Of a stretch of 64,000 bases of DNA, positions 10,343 through 20,387 are shown piece by piece. A model generated the notes under the pieces. The model saw nothing but the letters and a program-made list of their open reading frames with translations. It searched no databases and was not told where the DNA came from. The stretch covers positions 78,060-142,059 of the forward strand of contig JAXHNR010000002.1 in NCBI GenBank assembly GCA_034520215.1. The letters are read 5' to 3'. Made by a program: the position numbers and the translations under genes. Origin of the DNA: Candidatus Krumholzibacteriota bacterium (GTDB lineage Bacteria; Krumholzibacteriota; Krumholzibacteriia; Krumholzibacteriales; WJIX01). How positions within the stretch are numbered: position 1 is the stretch's first letter; each line of letters begins with the position of its first letter.

Positions 10343-11164
10343 TCACACCGTTTTTTCATGTGCCGGAGTATCCGAAACCAGCACCGGCACAGAGACGACC
10401 ACAGTTGTGCCAACTCCCGGAACACTTTGCAGATCTATTTTGCCGTTGATAAACGAAACGGCATCCGCCGCCATGGAAAGCCCCAAACCCAACCCGCATT
10501 TACTATCTGATGGGTCAACACGAAAGAAGGGAAGAAAAACCTTCTCTTTCATGTCTTGAGGAATTCCCGCGCCGTAATCATAAACATTTATTATAAGAAG
10601 TTTTTCATTTTGATCCGTTTTGTCATCACCGGAAAGTCCGGCCGTTACTCCCGGAGGCGTAGAACTTCCTCCGAATTTTTCAGCATTTGAAAAGAGATTG
10701 CCCAGCGCGACCTCAAGATATTTTTTTCTCAATTTTACCGGGGGAATATTCTTGTCTACTTCATTTACAATTTTCCCGGGATTCTCACAATACTTGCCGA
10801 GTACCTGATCCACCAAATCGCTGAATCTGACTTTCTTCATCTCACCAATTAGCTGCCCGGATTGTTTAATGCTGAGCATTCGAATGTACATCTCGACTAG
10901 AGACTCCAGACCATTTACGGCTTCCTCTGTTTTACGAAAATATCTTTTTTCCTTACTTCCCATTTTCGGAAAACTCGATTCGAGAAGCCCCAGATACCCT
11001 TTTATCGAAGTCAGAGGCCTGACAAATTCACTGCCTACCACCGAAAGAGCGGAATTGAATCTAACTTTGTAATTATCTATCTTTTTTTGAAGAGTTTTCA
11101 GCTTTTCCTCTAACTCCGGTGAAGTTGAAGATTGGGGCATCTCTTCTTTATTTATAATTGTCAT
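10343..11164 (-). CDS. Soluble sensor-less histidine kinase (coiled-coil + HisKA-like + HATPase_c)
   Basis: No TM or sensor domain; phospho-acceptor region FVRPLTSIKGYLGLL; ATP-lid YDYGAGIP...CGLGLGLS. Confidence 0.6.
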   Translation of the reverse strand: MTIINKEEMPQSSTSPELEEKLKTLQKKIDNYKVRFNSALSVVGSEFVRPLTSIKGYLGLLESSFPKMGSKEKRYFRKTEEAVNGLESLVEMYIRMLSIKQSGQLIGEMKKVRFSDLVDQVLGKYCENPGKIVNEVDKNIPPVKLRKKYLEVALGNLFSNAEKFGGSSTPPGVTAGLSGDDKTDQNEKLLIINVYDYGAGIPQDMKEKVFLPFFRVDPSDSKCGLGLGLSMAADAVSFINGKIDLQSVPGVGTTVVVSVPVLVSDTPAHEKTV

Positions 11165-11239
11165 TGAGCGCTTCCATTTCTGACATTAATTTCACGTGAA
11201 TACCTATAATCGATAACCTCCGGAGACAGTAAATATAGA

Positions 11240-12214
11240 TCACCTTTCTATCTCACTTTTTCCGGCATTGCTCTTACGCCTCTCTCTTACTAAGACGCTT
11301 CCGTCCATATTCTTGCCGAATTTCTTAAGTTCAGATGTTATATCACTTACGTGCGCGTAGTGTTTCAAACGTCCATTATTATTCGCTACAAACGCGATTG
11401 TCAGAGACATAAGGGGCACTTTGCTTATTTCTCCCGTCCTGTCCCGTATTTCCAGATACCCCTTGGCGATATCCTCTTCATCCATAAGCACGGAAATTTT
11501 ATTGCCAAACTCGTCAATGATGCGTCTCGCGATAATCTCAGCCCTGCTTACTGATGTAATTACCACAAAATCGTCCCCCCCTATATGACCGATAAAATCC
11601 TTTTTGTTTCCCGCTGAATAAACCGATTCGTTTATGATATCAGCAAGTAAGAGAATCGTTTCATCCCCTCTCTGGTAACCGTAATAGTCGTTGTATGCCT
11701 TGAAGTTATCAATATCCACATACAAGAAGGCGAAGGCCTCCGATTTTCCTATTAAACTCTCTAATTTCTGCCTGATGACCTTATTGCCCGAAAACCCCGT
11801 AAGCGGATTCGCGTCTTTTTGCTTTTGCCCCCAGTCAAGAACATTATTCACTCTGAGCAGGAGTTCGTCATTTGAGTAAGGTTTTATCAGGTAATCATTC
11901 GCTCCATTTTTAAGTCCCTGAATCTTATCGGGCATCTCGCTTTTAGCAGTCAGCATTATCACGGGAATCTGACTGGTTCTGATTTCTTCTTTCAGCTTCG
12001 CGCACACTTCAAATCCGTCCATTAAAGGCATCATAAGGTCAAGAATAATAAGATCGGGTATTCTTCCGCGTGCCTCGCGCAAAGCCTTTCTGCCGTTTTC
12101 CGCGCATATGACTCTGTATCCGTTTCTTTCAAGCTGAAACTTTAGAATCCTGCGTATATGTTCTTCATCATCTACTACTAATATTTCAGGCGTTTTTCTA
12201 TCTGTATATTCCAT
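11240..12214 (-). CDS. Response regulator with GGDEF-family output domain (GGDDF variant)
   Basis: REC: VVDDEEHIRR...DLMMPLMDG...LTAKS; GGDEF domain: NPLTGF...IGHIGGDDFVV (GG[DE]EF fourth position is D). Confidence 0.75.
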   Translation of the reverse strand: MEYTDRKTPEILVVDDEEHIRRILKFQLERNGYRVICAENGRKALREARGRIPDLIILDLMMPLMDGFEVCAKLKEEIRTSQIPVIMLTAKSEMPDKIQGLKNGANDYLIKPYSNDELLLRVNNVLDWGQKQKDANPLTGFSGNKVIRQKLESLIGKSEAFAFLYVDIDNFKAYNDYYGYQRGDETILLLADIINESVYSAGNKKDFIGHIGGDDFVVITSVSRAEIIARRIIDEFGNKISVLMDEEDIAKGYLEIRDRTGEISKVPLMSLTIAFVANNNGRLKHYAHVSDITSELKKFGKNMDGSVLVRERRKSNAGKSEIER

Positions 12215-12501
12215 CGAGTCTCCGCAAGTTGTTGTTCATTGACGCGTTACAGCCTTTAAAATCAAACTGAGTAAGACAAAAGATAAGCCAATTCAACTAT
12301 TGGATTTCCGCAATTTACATGCCAAGTCTATTCAAAAAGACGGAGGGCAGCGCAGCTCGAGGAACCAGGGTGTAATCATAACCATGACAGACCGTTACAT
12401 ATATATATATTTATTGTTAAAAGGCTTAATTCAGTGATCACCACAGTGCTTTTTGCACATGGATTTCCGATTTTGAAAATGGAATATTACTAAGAAGCGG
12501 A

Positions 12502-13512
12502 TCAGCTCCAGGATTTGAGCATTCCGCGTGAGAATGTGTTGAGATCTATATTGTCTGTTATCCCCGATTTAATCTTGTACATACCGGCGCATGCTATCAT
12601 CGCGGCATTATCCGTACAGTATTTAACATGGGGCCAAAATACATCAACCCCCATAGCTCCAAGCCTTTCGGCGGCCAGTTCTCTAAGCCGCCCGTTTGCC
12701 GCCACCCCGCCCGCGAGATAGAGTCTGCTGACATTTTTTCTGCCTGCCGCGATAACAGCTTTCAGAACAAGCACATCGGCTATAGCCTCCTGTGCCGAAG
12801 CCGCCACATCACTTACTATAGAAGGGGATAACTTCCCCAGTGATTCTATCTTGAGTCTCACGGCTGTTTTTAAACCGGAGAAAGAATAGTCACATTCACC
12901 TGAATTTTTAAGTCCTCTCGGGAAATCGAACAATTCCGGATCGCCCTCCAGGGCGGCCTTTTCAACCGCCGGCCCTCCGGGATAGGGCAATCCCAGAAGT
13001 TTTCCGATTTTATCAAACGCTTCCCCCGCGGCGTCATCCCTGGTCCCGCCCAAAAACTCATATACCCCTATTTTCTTTACGTATATAAGCTGTGTATGCC
13101 CCCCGGAAACCACCATCGCCAGAGATGGAGTTATGAAATTATCTTCCAGATCATTTGCCAGAATATGCCCTTCAAGGTGATGCACGCCGATCAGCGGAAC
13201 ACCGCTTCCATAAGAAAGCCCCTTCGCGAAAGAGAGCCCCACGAGGAGAGAACCTGTAAGCCCGGGTCCGTTTGTCACACATATTCCCGACAGATCGTCA
13301 AGATCAACTCCCCCGGTTTCCATCACACTCTCATAGAGGGGCAAAAGAGTCTTCATGTGCGACCTGGAAGCGATTTCAGGAACAACGCCTCCGTATTTTT
13401 CGTGAGCAAGCTGAGCCGCGGTCTTGTGAACAACAACCCCTCCGCGGTCGGAATAAAGGGCGCATGCTGTGTCATCGCAGGAAGTTTCTATCCCGAGGTA
13501 CAATTTCTCCAT
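12502..13512 (-). CDS. tsaD: tRNA N6-adenosine threonylcarbamoyltransferase TsaD (Kae1/YgjD family)
   Basis: LGIETSCDDTA N-term, HHLEGH metal-binding motif, length 336 aa. Confidence 0.85.
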   Translation of the reverse strand: MEKLYLGIETSCDDTACALYSDRGGVVVHKTAAQLAHEKYGGVVPEIASRSHMKTLLPLYESVMETGGVDLDDLSGICVTNGPGLTGSLLVGLSFAKGLSYGSGVPLIGVHHLEGHILANDLEDNFITPSLAMVVSGGHTQLIYVKKIGVYEFLGGTRDDAAGEAFDKIGKLLGLPYPGGPAVEKAALEGDPELFDFPRGLKNSGECDYSFSGLKTAVRLKIESLGKLSPSIVSDVAASAQEAIADVLVLKAVIAAGRKNVSRLYLAGGVAANGRLRELAAERLGAMGVDVFWPHVKYCTDNAAMIACAGMYKIKSGITDNIDLNTFSRGMLKSWS

Positions 13513-13527
13513 CTCTTAGCCCCTTCT

Positions 13528-14121
13528 CTATAACATTCTCCAAGGAGTCAGGTTCATGTATATGACGCGCGGAGCCCTGCGTTTATCCACAAGTGTTACA
13601 GAAGCGTTAGCTATTGTAATTCTGTGCATCATATCAAGATCCATCTTAAGGAAAGTTGTAATGACCGGTTTTATAATATCACTGTGAGATACTATCGCTG
13701 CCCTTCCTTCCTCTTTTAACGAAAGGTCATCTATAAACTCGACGGCGCGTTTGGTGATTCCCTCGATATCTTCATGTTCGGAGAAAGCAGAGCGCGTGGG
13801 CTTTTCAGTATACAGCTTAAAATCCGGGTCATCCTTAAGGTCTTTGTAAGTTTTGCCCACCCAATTCTCGAAGGAAGATTCGTCCAGTCTTGGATCTTCC
13901 CGTATATTAACCCTCAGCACATCAGATAATATATCGGCTGTTTGCCTGGTTCTCTTTAGAGTGCCGGAATATATTATTTCGATTCCTTCATCTGAAAGAA
14001 ATTCGGCGGTTCTTCGCGCCTCTTCCCCGCCGGTTTTATTTACGGGGACTTTGAGCCTGCCCATAACTCTTTTTTCCCTATTCCAGTCTGTCTGCCCGTG
14101 TCTTATAAAGTAAAGAAGCAT
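13528..14121 (-). CDS. Histidine phosphatase family protein (phosphoglycerate mutase-like / ribazole-phosphatase-like)
   Basis: LYFIRHGQTDWN (RHG catalytic motif), ~200 aa. Confidence 0.7.
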   Translation of the reverse strand: MLLYFIRHGQTDWNREKRVMGRLKVPVNKTGGEEARRTAEFLSDEGIEIIYSGTLKRTRQTADILSDVLRVNIREDPRLDESSFENWVGKTYKDLKDDPDFKLYTEKPTRSAFSEHEDIEGITKRAVEFIDDLSLKEEGRAAIVSHSDIIKPVITTFLKMDLDMMHRITIANASVTLVDKRRAPRVIYMNLTPWRML

Positions 14122-14240
14122 TACAGCAAACTCTCCTCAATAACTGTTTTAAGTATATTTATTGACATACCCGCGACTGAAATTGCCTGCGCTGAATCCT
14201 GTTCTTACTTTTACTCGATTCAGTCCCGGCTCTATCTCGC

Positions 14241-15335
14241 TTAAAATATATGTTCATATCCTGATTGTCCTATCTCTCTTTCCCGCCCCTTTCGATCTCT
14301 CAAAAAGACCTTTCTGTCACCGTCAGTTATTTTTCCTACCGGGAAAATTCCTTCCGCCTTAAAACTCCCGCCGGCGCCTCTGAGCGTGGCGATTTGACAA
14401 TATTCTTCCCCGCTGCTTAAGGCCAGAGAAATGATTAAATTCCTGCTGATTTCGGGTAAATTCAACAGCACACGGGGCACGGGCATATATTCCTCATCGA
14501 TTAAAGCTCCAACACCGCTCTCCGAGCACAAAGCGGCAAGATCTTTCCCGACTCCGTCACTGACATCTATCATAGATGTGATCTCTATCCCTTTAGCTTC
14601 AATCCCCGGTATATCCAGGGGGCGGGCCGGGGGAACAAGATATTGTCTGATTAAACCCAATCCTCCGGATACAACAGAAGGAATGCCCCTGTTGCCGCAG
14701 AACCGTTTTATCTCTTCAGGTCCGGCGGAGAGATCCATTTCAGAGACAAAATCTCTCAGAATCTTTCTTATTTTACGGTCTGAAGGAAGGATCGCGCCAG
14801 CAAGGTCATCCCCCTTATGAATCTCAAAAAGATCTTTTACAAGCCTCATACCCGAAAGAGAACCCCCGCACTCCCCTGTCATCACTATCAGATCGCCGGG
14901 GGCGGCGCCTTTCCTTCTTACCGCCTTTCCCGCGGGAACTTCTCCCGTGATGGCAATATTAAAAAAGCCTCCGCCCGGGCTGTATACCGTGTCGCCTCCA
15001 GCGAGCTCTATACCGTAATAATCACACCCCAGCTTCAACCCCTTTACAATTTCATCCAGTTCTTCCTGCTTGCACCCCTTGGTCAAACCGGCTGTTACAA
15101 GAATAGCCCTTGCCTTTGCTCCCATCGCGAATATATCGGAAACATTCGAAGAAATCACTTTTTGTACTGCCTGAGACAAAGTCGAAAAAGAAAGATCGTA
15201 ATGCACACCCTCTACGACGGCATCGGCGGCGAGAACTATTTCCCCCCTGCCGGAGGCCAGCAAAGCCGCGTCATCTCCGATCTGAGCTTCCGGAAAACCC
15301 CTTTTGAGTGTCTCTATAACAGTGCTCTCTTTCAT
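14241..15335 (-). CDS. thiL: Thiamine-monophosphate kinase-like PurM-superfamily protein
   Basis: N-term ...IGDDAALL...LAADAVVEGVHY matches ThiL signature (IGDDCALL...TD.LVEGVHF in E. coli); longer than typical ThiL (364 aa). Confidence 0.55.
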   Translation of the reverse strand: MKESTVIETLKRGFPEAQIGDDAALLASGRGEIVLAADAVVEGVHYDLSFSTLSQAVQKVISSNVSDIFAMGAKARAILVTAGLTKGCKQEELDEIVKGLKLGCDYYGIELAGGDTVYSPGGGFFNIAITGEVPAGKAVRRKGAAPGDLIVMTGECGGSLSGMRLVKDLFEIHKGDDLAGAILPSDRKIRKILRDFVSEMDLSAGPEEIKRFCGNRGIPSVVSGGLGLIRQYLVPPARPLDIPGIEAKGIEITSMIDVSDGVGKDLAALCSESGVGALIDEEYMPVPRVLLNLPEISRNLIISLALSSGEEYCQIATLRGAGGSFKAEGIFPVGKITDGDRKVFLRDRKGREREIGQSGYEHIF

Positions 15336-15443
15336 CTTTTCTCCATGAGAGATTTAAAAACGGGTAGTCGAGTTGTTAATAAAACCCCATATTCATATCT
15401 GTCCGGACGCGGCGCAAAAACCGCGGGCTTTTCTCAAATGTAA

Positions 15444-17024
15444 TCACGGGCTGCAGCCGGCAACATTTTCAATTTCTTTTACCGCGCGCGGAACCGCTCT
15501 CAAACAATCACCCGCTATCATCGAACGCTCTCCATAATCAAAGGCCGCTATATCTGCCGCCCGGGAGTGAATATATACACCCAGCCTCGAAGCCGACTCT
15601 CCGCTGCAGCTCTGAGCAAGCAATCCTCCGATTGTTCCGGTTAAAACATCTCCGCTTCCCGCGGTTGCCTGCCCCGGGTGCCCCGGAACATTCACGTATA
15701 CATTGCCGTCCGGCAACGCCACGAGAGTAGGAGAACCTTTGTGGACAAGCGTAATCCTGCTTCCTTCTATCAAAGAAGATATTGCTTTTATTCTCTCTTC
15801 GGGGGTTTCCGGAACTTTTTTCCCTGTAAGCCTTCTCAGCTCTCCCGAATGGGGAGTCAAAACAATTTCTTTATCCCTTGATAAATTCAAAAGTGTTTCA
15901 TAATCCCCTTCGAAAGAATTGATGGCATCGGCATCTAAAAGAACAGGGGCTCTGCAGCGGGAAACAAAATCTTTAATAAATCCCGCGGTTTCTTCATCCG
16001 TTGTAAGGCCCGGCCCGATAGCGGCAGCGTCATACCTGATCTTTCCGTTCAATACTCCGAGAGCGTCCTTTGAAATAGAACCATCCTGTGTTTCAGGCAG
16101 AGACACAAAGATTATCTCCGGCGCAGCCGATTGGACTGAACCTCGAATCGATTCGGGGCCGGCCATGTATACTATTCCGCATCCCGTCTTCAGCGCGCTC
16201 AGGGCGCTCAGCTGCGCGGCCCCGGAGTATCTCCTGCTTCCCGCTACAACGAGAAGAGAGCCGCACTCGAATTTATGAGCTTCAGGGGAACGAAGAGGAA
16301 AATCAGCCGAGGCCAGCAAAGCGTCAAGCATATGAACCTTCAGCCCGCTTTCTTCAATTACATTTTCAGGCACTCCTATATCTACAACTTCAAGATCTCC
16401 GGTATTACTCTTCCCCGGATTAAACAGCGCAGCGAACTTAGGCAGAGCCATTGTAGCTGTTAAATCAGCTTTTACCGCCGCTCCCATAATTTCAGCCGTT
16501 GTTCCGTTAACTCCGGAGGGAATATCCACGGAAAGAACCGGCAGCGGAGAGTTGTTTATAAGCTCTATTAGTTCTAAATATTTGTCCCTTACCGGACTGT
16601 TTATTCCAGTTCCCAGAAGGGCGTCTATGACGAGATCGCTCTTTTCAAGCTCCTTCGCCGCTAATCCTTCCCATCCGGGCCTGTAAAGTAATATTTCCTT
16701 TATTCTTTTCTTTTCTCTCAGAGTTTCAAGCCGTGAATAATTAGCGGAGGCGTCGGGGGAAAATTCTTCCGCTCTGTGAAGATAATATAACACTACTTCC
16801 GCGCCCGTTTCGGCAAGCAGCCTGGCAACGACAAGACCGTCGCCGGCGTTATTCCCCTTTCCGAGGAAAATCGACACATGAAGATTTTCCGGCACTTCAT
16901 AATACCCGGTGATCAATTCAAATATTCCCCGGCCGGCTCTTTCCATAAGCGTCAATCCCTTAACGCCGCCTCTGATAGTGGCCTGGTCGATTTTTTTCAT
17001 TTGGCCGGCAGTTACGACACGCAT
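15444..17024 (-). CDS. nnr: Bifunctional NAD(P)H-hydrate repair enzyme Nnr (YjeF-N epimerase + ADP-dependent dehydratase)
   Basis: YjeF_N motif GKGNNAGDG; C-terminal carbohydrate-kinase-like dehydratase domain (GPG..., GDVLTG). Start set to the internal MRVVTAGQ (track start 17054). Confidence 0.8.
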   Translation of the reverse strand: MRVVTAGQMKKIDQATIRGGVKGLTLMERAGRGIFELITGYYEVPENLHVSIFLGKGNNAGDGLVVARLLAETGAEVVLYYLHRAEEFSPDASANYSRLETLREKKRIKEILLYRPGWEGLAAKELEKSDLVIDALLGTGINSPVRDKYLELIELINNSPLPVLSVDIPSGVNGTTAEIMGAAVKADLTATMALPKFAALFNPGKSNTGDLEVVDIGVPENVIEESGLKVHMLDALLASADFPLRSPEAHKFECGSLLVVAGSRRYSGAAQLSALSALKTGCGIVYMAGPESIRGSVQSAAPEIIFVSLPETQDGSISKDALGVLNGKIRYDAAAIGPGLTTDEETAGFIKDFVSRCRAPVLLDADAINSFEGDYETLLNLSRDKEIVLTPHSGELRRLTGKKVPETPEERIKAISSLIEGSRITLVHKGSPTLVALPDGNVYVNVPGHPGQATAGSGDVLTGTIGGLLAQSCSGESASRLGVYIHSRAADIAAFDYGERSMIAGDCLRAVPRAVKEIENVAGCSP

Positions 17025-17025
17025 T

Positions 17026-17739
17026 TCACTCCCCCCTACTGTTGAGTTGATCAATAACCCCTAGAAGACTCGATATATCATCAATTTCGTAATCCGCACC
17101 CGAGGATTCGGTGCCAAATGTGTCGCCGTATCTTGCAAACACAGTCTTCATTCCAAGCTCTGAAGCGCCCGCGATATCCCTCTCGGGCCAATCTCCAATC
17201 ATCAGCGCTTCCTCCGGCTTTAAACCAAGTTCGTCCAGAACGGCTTTGAACGGGGCAGGACTTGGTTTCTGCTCTCCCGTATCTTCGAAGGCAAGAGCGA
17301 CATCAAACATGTGATGAAGCTTAAGATAACACAACCTGAGCCACGCTTCCTCGCGGGGAGCGTCGGAGACCACCGCGAGTTTAAACCCGCGCTTTAAGAG
17401 TTCTATCAATGTGCTGTTTACATGCGGGTAGAGAACTAAAGACGCTTCCCTGGCTCTTCTGTAAGCTACTATTCCCGCCGCCATGATTTTATAATTGACT
17501 TTGCCTATGAGTTTTACCAGAAGTTTGTTGAACACTTTCTGATGCTCTATTCCCTCTTCTTCGTATATCTTAAATATTTCTTCTTCTATCCTTTCATTGG
17601 AAAAGTCAAGCCCCGCGTCAACCATAGCCTTGACAGCCGCCTCTATGGCGGACTTCTTCATCCTCACGAAATCTGTTAGTGTGTTATCAAGATCAAATAT
17701 AATCAATTTAACCATATCTTTCTCCTTGCCGCGCGCCAA
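17026..17739 (-). CDS. HAD-superfamily hydrolase
   Basis: Motif I IIFDLDNTL (DxDxT), later VVSDAP... and GD motif. Confidence 0.7.
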   Translation of the reverse strand: MARGKEKDMVKLIIFDLDNTLTDFVRMKKSAIEAAVKAMVDAGLDFSNERIEEEIFKIYEEEGIEHQKVFNKLLVKLIGKVNYKIMAAGIVAYRRAREASLVLYPHVNSTLIELLKRGFKLAVVSDAPREEAWLRLCYLKLHHMFDVALAFEDTGEQKPSPAPFKAVLDELGLKPEEALMIGDWPERDIAGASELGMKTVFARYGDTFGTESSGADYEIDDISSLLGVIDQLNSRGE

Positions 17740-17761
17740 TATCCCAATATATTCTAATACT

Positions 17762-18595
17762 ATGCCACGTTATGAAAAGAATTATCCGGATGAAAACAAA
17801 CTGCCCGATTTAAAACCTTCCATCTTCGATCTAATTAACAACTATCTTCTTCTTTCCTATTCCGCGGCGTGTTTTATGATCTACTTTTCTGTCTCCAGCA
17901 TCCTTTATTTTAATAACTGGATTATTCTCTCCATAATACTGCCCGGGCTGATCGCCTTCGTTCTGCCTTTGTACCTCCTTGCAAAAAGGTTTTCCACGGG
18001 ATTCCTCTATGAATACCGGATAAAGTCTCCCGATTCTTCGATAGCCGTTCTGGTTATGCTTATCGCGTTAAGCGCCATCCTGCCCGTCGACGCGCTCTCC
18101 AGCTATTTTGAACAATACAGATCGGTCGATGCTGATTATACCAATTTACTGATATCAATCAAGCCCAAAGGGCCGGCGAGTTTTCTTGCAGCCGCTTTTG
18201 GCTTGGTAATCGCGGCCCCCTTCTCTGAAGAGCTTCTTTTCAGGGGGTTTATTCAAAGAATTATGCAGAGAAATACCCGTAAGATCCTTGCTGTAATATT
18301 ATCAGGCGTTATCTTCGGCGCTTCACATTTTGACTTAACCCTCATTCCCGGGATTGCTGTTCTGGGGATAATCTTAGGCTATATATTCTTAAGAACCGGA
18401 AATCTCTTTTATTCCTTTTCCGCTCACGCCCTTTACAATTTCATTTCCCTGCTCAGGCTCCATTACACGTCAGAGGCCGATATCAAGAGCGGTGAAATAG
18501 CATCACCGTCCGGAAGCTGGGTCCTTCTGTCAATTTTAGTTTTCTTTCTCGCAATATACCTCTTCGAAACGAAGACGGCTAACGGAGAAAATTAA
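17762..18595 (+). CDS. CPBP family intramembrane metalloprotease (CAAX protease-like)
   Basis: EExxxR motif (FSEELLFRGF), FxxxH (FGASHF), HALYN; multi-TM. The ORF-track start 17597 overlaps the convergent HAD gene; internal MPRYEKNY at 17762 is the likely start. Confidence 0.75.
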   Translation: MPRYEKNYPDENKLPDLKPSIFDLINNYLLLSYSAACFMIYFSVSSILYFNNWIILSIILPGLIAFVLPLYLLAKRFSTGFLYEYRIKSPDSSIAVLVMLIALSAILPVDALSSYFEQYRSVDADYTNLLISIKPKGPASFLAAAFGLVIAAPFSEELLFRGFIQRIMQRNTRKILAVILSGVIFGASHFDLTLIPGIAVLGIILGYIFLRTGNLFYSFSAHALYNFISLLRLHYTSEADIKSGEIASPSGSWVLLSILVFFLAIYLFETKTANGEN

Positions 18596-19893
18596 GGAAA
18601 GTGAGATCTAAGATCCTGCTTCCCTTTTTCTTCATCCACAAAATATAACAACACGGCGCCCGTTATGAAAAGCAGGGAGATCGATGAAATACCGATTCTG
18701 GTGGACGTTTCACTGCTGAACCCCGCTCTTCTTGCAAAGAGGCCGAGGCCGCCGATTAAGACCGGCCCTATAATTGCCGCGAACTTTCCTATCATATTAT
18801 AGAACCCGAAATATTCAGCCATTTTCCCCTTCGGTATAATTTTCGCGTAAAAAGAACGGCTCAGGGCCTGGATTCCGCCCTGAACGAGCCCCACAACAAC
18901 AGCTAATAAATAGAATTCCTCTCTTCCGCTTATAAAAGCCGCCCACACTGAAACAAAGAGATAAACTCCTATAGCGAAAAATATTCCCCTTCGAGCTCCC
19001 ACCTTCACACCGAGGGCGCCGAAGGCCATCGCGGACGGAAACCCCACAAATTGAGTAATAAGAAGAGCTATAATTAAATCGTTCCTTTCGAGCCCTATCG
19101 ACAGACCGTAATCAACCGCCATCCTGACAACTGTATCAACGCCGTCTATGTAAAACCAGTACGCGAGCAGAAACATAAAAATCGTTCTAAGGCTTCTTAT
19201 TTCCCTGAACGTTGATCTCAACTCTGAAATCCCGGACTTTATTATTTCTCCGGGGCTGCCTGCCCTTTTCCCCCGAGGTTCTTTTACAAAGAGAATCAGC
19301 GGAATTGTAAAAAGAGCCCACCAGATTCCCACCGACAGAAAAGAATATTTAACCGCCGCCTCTGAAGACGATAAGCCGAAAGCCGCCGGGCGCAGAGTCA
19401 TCCATATATTCAGCGCGAACAGGATTCCTCCGCCGAGATATCCGAGGGCATATCCAAGAGAAGAGGTAAATTCCATTCTTTTCTCTGATGAGACAAGCCC
19501 GATAAGGGAATCGTAAAAAATGTTTCCGCCGTTGAAAGCAATAGAGGCAGCCGCGTAGAACAGTAAGGCGAATTCCCAGTTGCCCTCAGCGACAAAAAAG
19601 AGGGCGGATGTTAATACCGCCCCCGTAAAACCAAAAAAGACAAGAAACCTTTTTCTTGCCGATCCCCTGTCCGCTATCGCTCCCAGAACAGGCGCCAAAA
19701 GAGCAATGCTGATGCTGGCAAGTGAAACGCCTATTCCAAGTCTGGCCGTACTGACAGTCGCATCCACATCCCCGCACCAGTAACGCTTAAAAAATACCGG
19801 GAAAAATCCCGCGATCACCGTCGTGGCAAAAGCGGAAGCCGCCCAATCGTACATACTCCAGCCGAAAACAGCCTTTTTATCATCCTTTCTCAC
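18592..19893 (-). CDS. MFS transporter
   Basis: ~12 predicted TM helices, 433 aa, MFS-like loop (GAIADRGSARKR). Confidence 0.7.
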   Translation of the reverse strand: MRKDDKKAVFGWSMYDWAASAFATTVIAGFFPVFFKRYWCGDVDATVSTARLGIGVSLASISIALLAPVLGAIADRGSARKRFLVFFGFTGAVLTSALFFVAEGNWEFALLFYAAASIAFNGGNIFYDSLIGLVSSEKRMEFTSSLGYALGYLGGGILFALNIWMTLRPAAFGLSSSEAAVKYSFLSVGIWWALFTIPLILFVKEPRGKRAGSPGEIIKSGISELRSTFREIRSLRTIFMFLLAYWFYIDGVDTVVRMAVDYGLSIGLERNDLIIALLITQFVGFPSAMAFGALGVKVGARRGIFFAIGVYLFVSVWAAFISGREEFYLLAVVVGLVQGGIQALSRSFYAKIIPKGKMAEYFGFYNMIGKFAAIIGPVLIGGLGLFARRAGFSSETSTRIGISSISLLFITGAVLLYFVDEEKGKQDLRSHFP

Positions 19894-20015
19894 GTGTCCC
19901 CCGCTTCGGCCCGGAAATTCTCATTTGGCTATATCAGAAGGCGAAAAACAATTATGGCGTATATCAAAAAGGGAGCCGTTCGGCTCCCTAAAAGGGCAAC
20001 AATTTCCAGAAGTCT

Positions 20016-20207
20016 TTATTTGTTTGATAACCCCAGTTCTTTTCCGATACTAATCTCCCCGTTATCTATCCTTATATTGAAGCCGCAGTCCGGGTTATTA
20101 CATACCCAGGCCTTATAAGTGATAGGGGCGCCGTCTCTTCCATAATCTGAAAGAGGGAGAAGTATTCCCTTTTCACACTTCAAACATCCGGTAAACCTGT
20201 CTGACAT
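20016..20207 (-). CDS. Small zinc-ribbon protein (63 aa)
   Basis: CLKCEKG...CNNPDCGF Cys pairs. Confidence 0.4.
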   Translation of the reverse strand: MSDRFTGCLKCEKGILLPLSDYGRDGAPITYKAWVCNNPDCGFNIRIDNGEISIGKELGLSNK

Positions 20208-20387
20208 TATCCCGATCCGGTATCTGCTCCTTCCGGATCTTTCACCTCCGTCTACTCGTTAATCCCAGCCATTCCCATTCTCTATATTTAACATTTTTCA
20301 TCTTCGGAACTTTTTGATAAACTGTCAAGTAAAAAAGGAGGCATTATCAAAACTATAAACAGGCAGGCCGCTTTTCTCTTCGACGGG

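Noticed and set aside
10336-10425. N-terminal 30 aa (MFRELAQLWSSLCRCWFRILRHMKKRCDRD) of HK paralog ORF
   Set aside because: It overlaps the stop of the upstream HK gene by 83 bp, and the segment is Cys/Arg-rich and unlike the rest of the protein. Internal starts at 10335 or 10359 are more plausible.
14817-15443. 208-aa plus-strand ORF
   Set aside because: Antisense to thiL, Arg/Ser-rich low-complexity translation, no motifs.
17597-17761. Long N-terminal extension of the CPBP protease ORF
   Set aside because: The extension overlaps the convergent HAD hydrolase gene by ~140 bp and has no TM or protease motif. The internal ATG at 17762 gives a protein that begins just before the first TM helix.
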